Part shown: in pieces, positions 24,251-35,035 of the stretch
How positions within the stretch are numbered: position 1 is the first letter of the stretch
Layout: every line of letters begins with the position of its first letter
Source of the DNA: Anthoceros angustus
Lineage: Eukaryota > Plantae > Anthocerotophyta
Assembly (NCBI GenBank): GCA_010909165.1
Contig: MU008185.1
Location: forward strand, 186,001-250,000
Direction of reading: 5' to 3'
Length of the DNA: 64,000 bases
Translations under genes and position numbers: made by a program
The notes under the pieces: model-generated
Seen by the model: only the letters and a program-made list of their open reading frames with translations
Database searches by the model: none
Told to the model about the DNA's origin: nothing

Positions 24251-24694
24251 CCAGCCGTCACGGAAGTCAATGTGATCATGAATAGACAAGAGTTTATATT
24301 ATGGCATAGCGAAATAGGGTGGAACGTGAAATGTTAAGTAGGTTTTTGGTCTATAAATGCCTGGGGGCAAGGGAACCCTAATTACAAACCTCTCTCTTGT
24401 CGGTTGCGAGGCGGTGTGCGGTGTGGGCGTATTTCCAGTCAGGAGGCAGTGAGCGGCATACACGTGTGTTGCTTGGCGAGTTGGAGAACAATTGCGGTTG
24501 AATTGCTTTGTCCCTTTGCGGCCCGCAGCGGAATTCAGCGATGCGGCAGTCGAGCTTTGGAGGCGATGGCGCAATCGGTCGGCGGGTTTTGCGAGACAGT
24601 TGGCCCCTCCATGTGATCGAGCATCACCTTCCTTCCATTCATCTTTCCAGACAGTTGACGATTTGTCGCCGCCTTGTGAGTTTGCTTTGCGCAA

Positions 24695-25429
24695 TTGAGA
24701 TGGCGGCGGAGGCGGAGCAAGAAGGACTTAGCGGGCGGTGGCCGACCCCAGGCGCCACCGCGGCGGAAAAGCGAAAGGCGGAACAAGGCGGCTTCAACCC
24801 GACGCGAAGGTAAGCGGTCGGGAGGCGGGAGGTGTGGGAGGCATAAACCATCTATGGAGGCAAAATGGGAGCATGTCTTGAGGAAGACAAGCCGGACAAA
24901 AGCTGGCGTGCAAGGGTGGGAAGGAGGCTCAAACCTCAAAGCATGTGGTGCCACCTCCAATTCCATCGCCTTTCAGCTACGAGGAAACCGTGCACATCCG
25001 CAGGGAGGCCAGATTGACCCTGTTATGATTTTGCAGAAGGATTGGATGCTCGTCCAGGATCCGCATCCAGAAGAGGAAAGCAAGACATGGGCGCTGAAAC
25101 TACGGATAATGGGTGCGGGGGCTTTGCCCAATCAGAGAGCAAGAGCTGGATGGGTAATCTGGGCAACAATGGATATGAATGAGGGGGAGCCGGAGTTCAC
25201 GCTGTTTTGCACCACCAGGCCATATGAGTTTGATGCTGATCCGGGACCACGATATATCTGGTCTTATGTTCTCGACCTCGGAGGGTTCAATGCCAAGAAA
25301 TGTGCACCTCGCTCACTTGTCGAAGAGTTCCACAGTGCATGCGACAACCGTAAGTTGGAACAAACAATGTCTTTTGAGAACCATGAGGCTAGGATGAGCG
25401 TGATTTTCGCTTTCTCTGTTTCCGGCTAG
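24695..25429 (+). CDS. Uncharacterised element ORF (244 aa), possibly the N-terminal part of the ParB-MTase gene
   Basis: Open frame with a globular-looking C-terminal half (DWMLVQD...KTWALKLRI...AGWVIW...EFTLFCT), downstream of a TATA-like ctataaat at ~24350. Confidence 0.45.
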   Translation: MRWRRRRSKKDLAGGGRPQAPPRRKSERRNKAASTRREGKRSGGGRCGRHKPSMEAKWEHVLRKTSRTKAGVQGWEGGSNLKACGATSNSIAFQLRGNRAHPQGGQIDPVMILQKDWMLVQDPHPEEESKTWALKLRIMGAGALPNQRARAGWVIWATMDMNEGEPEFTLFCTTRPYEFDADPGPRYIWSYVLDLGGFNAKKCAPRSLVEEFHSACDNRKLEQTMSFENHEARMSVIFAFSVSG

Positions 25430-26199
25430 TCGGAATGGCCCTCATCGAGGCTATTTGCGGAAGATTACGGCGATGTGGATCACGGAGAGAGCTTTCAATG
25501 AGAAGGGTGAGAGCAGCCCATCAAAGAATTGCGGAAGAGGCGGAGTCGGGCCCCGGATCCCGAAAGTGAACTTGGGCCCTCGGATGAGGAAGATGGCCCC
25601 ATTCCGACGTCCTCGGGCATTCGGAGGAAGAAGTGTCCGGGGCATGAGGAAGACGGAGATCTTTGGGATCTGGCATTGCATGGGGGTCAATGGTTGTCCC
25701 ACCATGGCCTCTGATCCGGAGCAGGCGGCCGGCCCGGTGTGTGAAGGGTGGGCAGGCGAACTTGCCCACCGGATCCTAAGCGGTTTATCCGGTTTCAACA
25801 AGGAGATGGGGTTGGGGCCGGCGGCGCGCCCCAGAGCGCCATGATTCTTCCACGGACCGCGGTGGAAGAATAGACACCATGGGATCCCCCGAGAGGGAAG
25901 AGGGGTGGGTGTGGGCGGTGGCGGGAAGAGGGGTGGGTGTGGAGGCAGGGGCTGAAAGAGAGGAGGAGGCGCGGCCCGGCCCTCCTCACGCGAGGCGAAG
26001 ACCCGGTGAAGGTCGATGGGAAAGCGCCCTGCTTCAAATTTGGATTCTATGCAGGGGACTACAAAGGCACATAGTGGCGGCACGGAGGCGAAGGAAGAAA
26101 AAAACCGAAGAAGCGGCGGTGGAAGATCCGGTTGGAGTCATTCAGGTCCATATTTGACAGAACGGTTAGAAGACGCGATCCGGGATGCACCCCTCTCTC

Positions 26200-28230
26200 G
26201 CTGAGGATTGACTTCACGAAGAAGGTGGTCTTGGAAACGTGTTGGTCAAGTTGGAGAACTTAAGACCAGCGTCGCACATAGGATCGCGCAGATTCGGTTG
26301 ATGAGGCATGGGCCAATTATTTGGCTAGGGTTATTTCGAAGGGAGGATAGAGGAGGGTGTTTTGCCACTCTTATGTATGATAGATCCAAGTGAGTGCTGA
26401 CCTCGGCAAGCGGAAGATGGCGGGCGAAAAAATACGTTATGGGGTTCTTGGTGGGAACCATACATATGCGACCATGAAACATCTATGTGATATCTCACCG
26501 TGGAAGAAGAGGTTTCAATATGTGGAAGCACATGTCTATTGTGGGCTTCTTGGAAATCAGTCTTGTACGGATCACAATACCATGTCGGACGGAAGAAAGA
26601 AGATGAACTTCATTGAGCGGTCCGGTGCCACGAGATGAGCTGCAGTTGCGAAGCGAAAGTGAGATGACCATGGCATGGAAGTACAATGCATGTACAAAGT
26701 GCTTGGATTGATTGAGGATGATGAAGGGCGAAGGCGATGTCTACAAGCGAACAAAGTAGACAATCGCACACATTTTATGCATCGCCATGGCGAGGAGGAA
26801 GGTGTGGGACAATGTGGACTTGATTTTTCAAAGTGGGAGGTGGAGAGCTTGAGCGGAAGAAGCATTTACCTGAGGACTAGCAAGAAAGGGAAAGGAAGGA
26901 AGATGGTGAGGAGAAGCAAGTGGACACAGTATACGTAAAGCCAAAGGACATGTTGGCAAAGCCATGGAAATCCTTCCAAGGAATACCAGCTGGAGAGTGC
27001 GGGCAGCAAATTCTGGTCACAGCTACAGAAAAAGTTTTAACTGGACTTATTGATTTGAAGGGCATGGACGAGGAGATCACTTTGCGGAAGAAGTTCCATG
27101 TCATACAAGTTGCTATGGTAAAACACCTGGGGTGCTCTTCGTTCGCTGAGGTGCGAGAAGAATATCCGTTGCATTCGACAGACCAGATGTTGTCCCGCTT
27201 TCAAACTGCTTTTGCTGGAAAGGTTAGTTTCCTGCCCATGTGTGTTCGAAAAGTGCGGGGAGGCGCGGCCGGCCTCTCTGTCTTTGCGTTTGACTAACCA
27301 TCATGTGTTTGGCAGCCGAAGGATATTGAGGTCCTTTCCAAACTTCCGATGTCTTCCAACATTTCATTTTGAGTAAATAATTGGAAAGGGGCTGGAGACG
27401 ACGGCGTGCTCTGCGAGACAAGGACCTTGAGGAAGGATTGGAGGTCTTCAATGTTCCATCCTCGGACAAACAAGTACAATACCAAGTGGAAAGCAGGGAT
27501 GTTTTGGACATGCGAGGATTTCTGAGAGGCCGGTACACACCACTGGTGATGGACGTTCCAAGGGGGTTTCAAATTGGGCCCTTGGACAAACGAGTTGACA
27601 TGCAGATGATGGACACTATTTTGCAGAGTTTTGCGGAGAAAACTACTTCGGATGAGTTGAGAATGATTGTCATGCATGGTGTGGAGGAGGCTCACGTGAG
27701 GGAGTCAATGCGAAAGTGGAGCAAGAAAGGGGCTTGGTCTCATTTGTATGGGACAAGACCAACATGAACAATGACGGTGGATTGAAACCGTGGAATATGT
27801 CACGGTAGGGTGGGGCATGGGAGATGGATTCACGAGGATAGAGTTCCAATGATGCCTAATGCCATGCACGGCACTTTCAACAATGGAGTGCAGCGATCGC
27901 ACGATACGGTTGTGAAGAAAGCAGTGTACATGTCCCAAGACAAGCTGGTTGTTTGCCCATACGAGGCCTCGGGCTTATGATGAAACTTATCGAACCTTCT
28001 CGCGAGAGGGATTGGATTTTGGACGTATGCTCGGAAGTGGGACAACGTTATTGGCTTCCTCATGCGTGGAATTGTATTCTTGTTGAAGGACGAGGTGTCG
28101 GGATACATACCACCGCATTCGGGCATGAGGTTACGCGATCTTTGAAGAAGCGTTTGACGCCCACCGCAGAGGTCTTGCGCTTTAGGCGAAGGAGGTGTGT
28201 ATCGGTGAGAAGGACTCCACAAGCGCAGTT
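26200..28230 (+). pseudogene. ParB/Srx-like domain fused to beta-class DNA methyltransferase (MTase-1), frameshifted
   Basis: LVKLENLRP..SVDEAWANYLARVISKGG..YGVLGGNH (26450-26461)..VYCGL..DHN; LVMDVPRG motif-IV-like (27543-27566); CPY..P.GLMMKLIE..DWILDVCS(G)SGTTLLAS (28022-28060) and NCILVE (~28071-28088). Motif order IV then I indicates the beta class. Confidence 0.75.
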
Positions 28231-29699
28231 GTTTCCTTAAACGCAAGGCAAGACCAAAAGCGGTGATCTTTTGGCGGATGGGCAGCAAACTTTGGAAGTG
28301 TGGGCCTTCCCAGCCGACGGCGGTGCAAGAGAGAAGACACAAGGGCGTTGGGGAGAGCGATAGCCGATGAAGAGGAAGTGGGCGCTTAATCTGCTATTGT
28401 GATGGATTGAGTTTTCTACCCGAGTCCCAAGTTAGCCCTAAGGAATAGGCTTAGTGTTCTCATGTCATGTGCATCCGCCGCTGCTTAGTTCATAATCTTG
28501 GGACCGTTCATTGCGGCAAGTGTTGTCTTGGTTTTAAGGCCCAAATAACAATGAAGGGCGCGGCCGGCGCCCTCTATCCGCTTTCATGTCTTTGTTGCGC
28601 CGAACACGTTTTTGAATACCTACGTGTTCTACCATGGTCGACCTTTCTTCAAAAGAGCTAAAAGGCATATGGACCGTGTGTCATGTGCAAAGAGGGTTTT
28701 CATTTCACGGAAGGGGGTTCGGATATTCACCCCCTTCACAAGATATCGTGTTCCGATGACTTGCAGCTGGATCTTTTTGATTGGTGCGCCAAATGTCCAG
28801 CTCATTCGAGTTTGATGCACGTATAGATGCATGGGCCTTGGTTTCTAGTTGAGCTACATTTTCCAAAATTCGACATGTATGATGGTGATTTCTAATGGCC
28901 AGCCTTTTGAAGATGACAATGTTTTACAATATTTTGCAGAGAAGCAAGAAAATAAATAGATTAGATGATTTGTCCTTGAGTAATGAAAGCACTGGGGATG
29001 CAATCGAACATAAGTATAAGAGCATACTTTTGCCACTCGACTAGTGAGAGCAGGAGTGTCTGAAGAAGAGGGTCATCGCCTAGTTGGGGATTTTGACCAA
29101 ATGGGTGTATTTGCTGAGGTAAGGAGGACACATGCATACCCACATGGCTTGCGGCCCACTAGAGCAGCTAGGTGTTCGAGACAAACTATAGCCAAGCTTT
29201 GCCGTGAGATTTTGAATTTAAGATCCGACTTGCTCCATGCCGCTTCCATGGGTAGATTAAGGTTGAAAGCGGTATGGACTTGACAAGAAAAAATGTAAGC
29301 TCAAGAGTTTGATCAAGAAGGGTTGAGGGGCCTCACCATCCTTTCATGTCAATTCTGCAGAGGCCTAATGTTGCAGATCTAAGTCACGGCTTATCTTCGA
29401 CATGGAGGGGCTGGTCAGTCGGTGTATACCATCCGGGATTGCTCAATCACGGGGTTTGAAAAGAGAATTGATGTGAGTGTTGGTGTGGTGGTAAGTATGC
29501 ACGGGCAACCTGCAGGCGAAGTGTTTGCCTACACAAGTATTGACGCAACCCTCTCCAAACCCGGTGTATTGCACCTTTCACTTATGCTCCAGTTCTTTGG
29601 AGGATAAGTGCGATCATCGACCACTTGGTACAAATGTATGTCCGCATTTATGCGGAAGGTGGGGCACATTAGGTCTTCTTTGGGCTCGGATGCATGGGG

Positions 29700-30110
29700 C
29701 ATGGGAGATGGATTCACAGGATAGAGTTCCAATGATGCCTAATGCCATGCACGGCACTTTCAACAATGGGAGGTCCGTGATCGCACGATACTTGCCAGAA
29801 GAAACAGTGTACATGTCCCAAGACAAGCTGGTTGTTTGCCCATACCGAGGCCTCGGGCTTATGATGAAACTTATCGAACCTTCTCGCGAGAGGGATTGGA
29901 TTTTGGACGTATGCTCGGAGTGGGACAACGTTATTGGCTTCCTCGCCGAATTGTATTGCGAAGCCGAGGTGGTGTGGATACATACCACCGCATTGCCGGG
30001 CATGAGGTTACGCGATCTTTGAAGAAGAGCTGACGTTTGACGCCCACCGCAGAGGTCTTGCGCAGTTTTGGGCGAAGGAGGTGTGTATCAGCGAGAAGGA
30101 CTCCCTGCAA
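29700..30110 (+). pseudogene. Duplicated C-terminal half of MTase-1
   Basis: ORF 29525 contains HGTFNNGRSVI...VVCPY.GLGLMMKLIEPSRERDWILDVCS. Confidence 0.7.
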
Positions 30111-30359
30111 GCGCAGGTTGTTTCCTTAAACGCAAGGCGGCTAAAGACCAAAACTGGTGATCTTTTGGCGGATGGGCAGCAAACTTTGGACACTGGCAGC
30201 CTTCCCGACCCTTGACGACGCAAGAGAACAAGAAGACACAAGGGCGTTGGGGAGAGCGATAGCCGATGAAGAGGAAGTGGAGCGCTGTAACTGCTATTGT
30301 GATGGATTCGAGTTTTCTCGCCGAGTCCCAAGTTAGCCCTAAGGAATAGGCTTAGTGTT

Positions 30360-30740
30360 CTCATGTCATGTGCATCCGCCGCTTTAGTTCATACCGTGTT
30401 ATGGGACCGTTCATTGCGGCAAGTGTTGTCTTCTTTGCCGCCCAACAACACGAAAGGCGGCCGCCGCCTCATCCGCTTTCATGTCTTTGTTAACACGCTT
30501 TTTTTGAATACCTACGTGTTCTACCATGGTCGACCTTTCTTCAAAAGAGCTAAAAGGCATATTTCGGACTGTGTCATGTGCAAAGAGGGTTTTCATTTCA
30601 CGGAAGGGGTTCGGATATTCACCCCTTCACAAGATATCGTGTTGGTTGCGTTGGATCTTTTTGATTGGTGCGCCAAAATGTCCGGCTCATTCGAGTTTGA
30701 TGCACGTATAGATGCATGGGCCTTGGTTTCTAGTTGAGCT
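30360..30740 (+). pseudogene. RING-like zinc-finger ORF (copy at ~28460-28850)
   Basis: CVMC (30570-30581) then, one frame over, PLHKISCWLRWIFLIGAPKCPAH, giving C-x2-C...H...C-x3-W...C-P-x-H; ligands 3 and 5 are not cleanly seen. Confidence 0.45.
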
Positions 30741-32399
30741 ACATTTTCCAAAATTCGACATGTATGATGGTGATTTCTAATGGCCAGCCTTTTGAAGATG
30801 ACAATGTTTTACAATATTTTGCAGAGAAGCAAGAAAATAAATAGATTAGATGATTTGTCCTTGAGTAATGAAAGCCTGTCGGATGCAATCGAACATAAGT
30901 ATAAGAGAGCATCGCACTGGCTACGAGCCTAGTGAGCTGTGGAGTGTCTGAAGAAGAGGGCGATCGCCTAGTTGGGGATTTTGACCAAATGGCTGAGTAT
31001 TTGGAGGCCGAAAGGAGGACTGCTTATACCCACCGTGACTATACGCGCTATATGGCAGACTAGGTGTTCGAGACAAACTATAGCCAAGCTTTGCAGAGAT
31101 TTTGAATTTAAGATCCGACTTGCTCCATGTGCCACCCATGGGTAGATTAAGGTTGGTATGGACTTGACATGGACTTGACAAAAAATGTAAGCTCAAGAGT
31201 TTGATCAAGAAGGGTTGAGGGGCCTCACCATCCTTTCATGTCAATTCTGCAGAGGCCTAATGTTGCAGATCTAAGTCACGGCTTATCTTCGACATGGAGG
31301 GGCTGGTCAGTCGGTGTATACCATCCGGGATTGCTCAATCACGGGGTTTGAAAAGAGAATTGATGTGAGTGTTGGTGTGGTGGTAAGTATGCACGGGCAA
31401 CCTGCAGGCGAAGTGTTTGCCTACACAAGTATTGACGCAGCCCTCTCCAAACCCGGTGTATTGCACCTTTCACTTATGCTCCAGTTCTTTGGAGGATAAG
31501 TGCGCCAGTCATCCGGCCACTTGGTACAAATGTATGTCCGCATTTGTATGGGAAGGTAAGGCACATTAGGTCTTCTTTGGGCTCGGATGCATGGGGCATG
31601 GTTTTACAATATTTTGCGAGAAGCAAGAAAATAAATAGATTAGATGATTTGTCCTTGAGTAATGAAAGCCTGGCTTGGATGCAATCGAACATAAGTATAA
31701 GAGAGCATCGCACTGGCTACGAGCCTAGTGAGCTGTGGAGTGTCTGAAGAAGAGGGCGATCGCCTAGTTGGGGATTTTGACCAAATGGCTGAGTATTTGG
31801 AGGCCGAAAGGAGGACTGCTTATACCCACCGTGACTATACGCGCTATATGGCAGACTAGGTGTTCGAGACAAACTATAGCCAAGCTTTGCAGAGATTTTG
31901 AATTTAAGATCCGACTTGCTCCATGTGCCACCCATGGGTAGATTAAGGTTGGTATGGACTTGACATGGACTTGACAAAAAATGTAAGCTCAAGAGTTTGA
32001 TCAAGAAGGGTTGAGGGGCCTCACCATCCTTTCATGTGCCCACCAAGGCCTAATGTTGCATCTGCGGCTTATCTTCGACATGGAGGGGCCAGGCAGCATG
32101 CACGCCATCCGGGATTGCTCTGAATCACGGGGTTTGAAAAGAGAATTGATGTGAGTGTTGGTGTGGTGGTAAGTATGCACAGGCAACTTGAACGAAAGTG
32201 TTTGCCTACACAAGTATTGACGCAACCCTCTCCAAACCCGGTGTATTGCACCTTTCACTTATGCTCCAGTTCTTTGGAGGATAAGTGCGCCAGTCATCCG
32301 GCCACTTGGTACAAATGTATGTCCGGCATTTGTACGCAAGGTGGGCACATTAGGTCTTCTTTGGGCTCGGATGCATGGAGAGGGTTTGCAAATCATTGA

Positions 32400-33110
32400 A
32401 AACAGTGAAATGAGACATGTGCATTTCTGGATGGTTGGGGCCAAAATGGGGTTCGGAGAGAAACCCCTATGCTGGGAAACACTGTTCCTTCTGTTTGTTA
32501 GTAAATGGACCCGACCAGACATCACATTCTCCGTTAACACTGCTTCTCAATTTCTGGAGTGACCTGGAAGAAACCACTGGACGGTAGTCAAGATGATTTT
32601 CCATTATCTGAAGGGCACACAATACTTGGGACTCTGCTACAAACGTACACGTACTGGTCCTATCTTACATGGTTTTGCAGATGCTGACTGGGCCTCTGAT
32701 GGTGATTCTCGCAAGAGTTTGTCCGCATATGTCTTCCTACTATCCTCTGCTTCATGATCGAGCTGGGCTCAGACCAACATTGCCACATCAGTACAAAGCG
32801 GAGTACAAATGTTTGGTGCGACAAAGGAAGTAGAGTGGGAGAGAGCATTTCTAGCATCTGTACATGCTGAGCAGAGTGGACCCACTGACCTTTTCTGTGA
32901 TAATCAGTCAGCCTTGGCCCTTGTTGAGCGTCCTCATTTCCATGCTCGTACTAAGCACATAGAAATACAGCACCATTACGTTAGAGATGTGAAGTCTCGA
33001 GGCATAGTTGCCCACATGTTACCATGCGGTCGATGCAAACATCGGCCGACATTCCCGACTAGTCCTTCCTAATACATAGACATCTGACACATGTAAAAGG
33101 CTTAGGCTTG
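32400..33110 (+). mobile_element. Ty1/copia pol remnant (RT C-terminus plus RNase H), degenerate
   Basis: WTRPDITFSV...YLKGT...GFADADWA...RKS...FCDNQSALAL...HARTKHIEIQHHYVRD, with internal stops. Confidence 0.92.
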
Positions 33111-33437
33111 GTAGATTATTCATAGTACTTTACTGCATAACTTAGCTTACACGGGTTGCCCTACTGTGCCCTGCACACTTCTACTCTAACATTTTGAGGG
33201 CTCTCGTGTTCTTCCCTGTTGCCTGCATAGCCAACCAGTCTTCATTAGCAGGTCTTCTTTGCAGCTTGCCATGTCGTGAACAGAGTCTTGACACCAACAT
33301 CTATGTTCATCTTCAGTGGGAGTTTGTTAGGACAGGTAGGTTGTATAGTACAGTTAAGCTATTGTCCAGTGGATGAAGCATCAAACAGATTTAATCCTGG
33401 ACAGTAGCATCGTGTCAAATCGTTACCTTCTTCTTTG

Positions 33438-33812
33438 CTAGGCAGAGTCCCTCTTCAACGCTTCCAGCAGTGGCTCAGCCCTAGCAATGTTGTATCCTCT
33501 AGAACCCAGCTGCCTCAGCAAATCATCCAAGTCTCGTTCTCCGCCCTCGACTTGTGGCCTTGCTGAGATCTGCGAAACCAGTGTGGCAGCCCTCCTCTTT
33601 GTTATGTCCAGCTGCTCTTCTAGCTCGGCCCATCTGGCGTCGACGTTCAGCAGATGCCATATGAGCTGTTGGTCAGCAACAGTCGGCCACTTTTTAGCTT
33701 CGACATGGTTCGCTGGGTTGCTGTACTGGGATTCTTCCTTGTTCTCTTCTTCTGCTTGCTGCTCTGTCCTCGAAGCCTGGCTAGATATCCCTGTGTTGCG
33801 TGTGCGAACCAT
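33438..33812 (-). CDS. Antisense extra ORF (124 aa) between copia pol and the putative PPT
   Basis: Intact ATG-to-stop frame starting MVRTR, with an acidic stretch and coiled-coil character; located in the 3' internal region of the copia remnant. Confidence 0.5.
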   Translation of the reverse strand: MVRTRNTGISSQASRTEQQAEEENKEESQYSNPANHVEAKKWPTVADQQLIWHLLNVDARWAELEEQLDITKRRAATLVSQISARPQVEGGERDLDDLLRQLGSRGYNIARAEPLLEALKRDSA

Positions 33813-34010
33813 CCTGGCGATGAGCGGGGTGGCGATGATGGCGACAGCGGCTATGTATAGCAGGAGCAGAGTTGTGACAATCTAGGATGTTTACTAGCGG
33901 CTATCGCTGAAGCGGTGCGCGAGGGTACCGAATCGCTGGCGTTTTAGGGCTTGTTATCTGGATAAGGTTTCGAAGGTGTTTCAATGCTTTTACTTTTAAC
34001 CCGTCGAGAT

Positions 34011-34030
34011 TAAGTGGGAGTGTTGAACAT
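34011..34030 (+). mobile_element. Putative polypurine tract and start of the copia 3' LTR
   Basis: taagtgggag followed immediately by TGTTG at 34021, the usual copia PPT/LTR junction; the LTR end was not located. Confidence 0.5.
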
Positions 34031-35035
34031 GTAACCTGCTAGGGTTAAATAGTACTTAGTTATTTAGGGTTACTTATCCAACTTGTATATATATACTTTT
34101 ATTCATTCCTTGTAGTTAGTTGCCTTTTGTTCATTGCATGACTACCTCAACCTCATTGACGACCAGCCGGGCGCGCACTAATTCCATGTTGTATAGTATG
34201 GGGTTCGATCCCAAGGGAATGATCCGTTCCGTTTGCTAACTATTCGCCTACTCCGGATTCCCAATTTATCCCGACCACCCCCGTATCTAAAAAAAACCTT
34301 CCGCACGCATTACGAAGGTGATGGCGGCTCACCTTTGTTGCGGACCGCGGGTCTATCTACTACCGCTGCAAAACGCCGCCACCGAACCTCCTTCAGCGGG
34401 AGGGATAGCGAGGCACTGCACGGTGGGGCCCGCGGCCGGTTATACTAGGGCGATCGCCTAGCTACATGAGCGTAGGACCACAGGCGGAACTCAAGGTACC
34501 TTCTTACCCTTCCGACGAACTGGACCGGGGTCCGTACTACCCTTCGGATCGTCAGCGCCCTAAGGTTACAACCTCAAACCCAACCGTACCACCATTCGGA
34601 TCGCCTACTTCTTACCCTTCGCTCACCTTCCTTCATGCTTCATAAATCTCTCTACCGTACAGGCCCGGTATGGCCAAACGTTTAAGGACTCGTTCTCGTC
34701 CCAGTCTCTCCTCTCAACTGGGAGTCCCTGCTCCCGCTCCACTCTCGTCACTTTCGTCTGCACCCTATGTTGCCTGGTTTGGCGTTGTGCATTCTGGTGA
34801 AGGCCGGGCTGCATCACCTCCACTTGAAGAGCACCCTTTGTCTTGGGGTAGATGGATTTTCCCATCTTTTTTTTATAATAAAGTCTCCATTGTCTATATG
34901 AGTGAAAAATTCAAAATGGGGGAGCAAGCGATGTATATGTGGAGGCGATAGACACGCGTCGTCGGGAAGATGCTGTGCCAGTTTAGCAGTTGAAGAAAGA
35001 GCTGAACTTTTTGGTGAAGGGTCGGGAGGAGAAAC

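Larger units (their letters stand above)
27810..32370 (+). repeat. Tandem direct duplications: ~27810-29700, ~29700-31590, partial ~31590-32370
   Basis: MTase C-terminal block recurs at 29700-30350; 28840-29000 matches 30740-30900; identical 95-aa ORFs at 30921 and 31717. Confidence 0.9.

Noticed and set aside
34195-34215. GGTTCGATCCC B-box or tRNA-like motif
   Set aside because: No A-box spacing or cloverleaf.
34623-34865. 80-aa minus-strand ORF upstream of GalDH
   Set aside because: No recognisable motif; unsupported.
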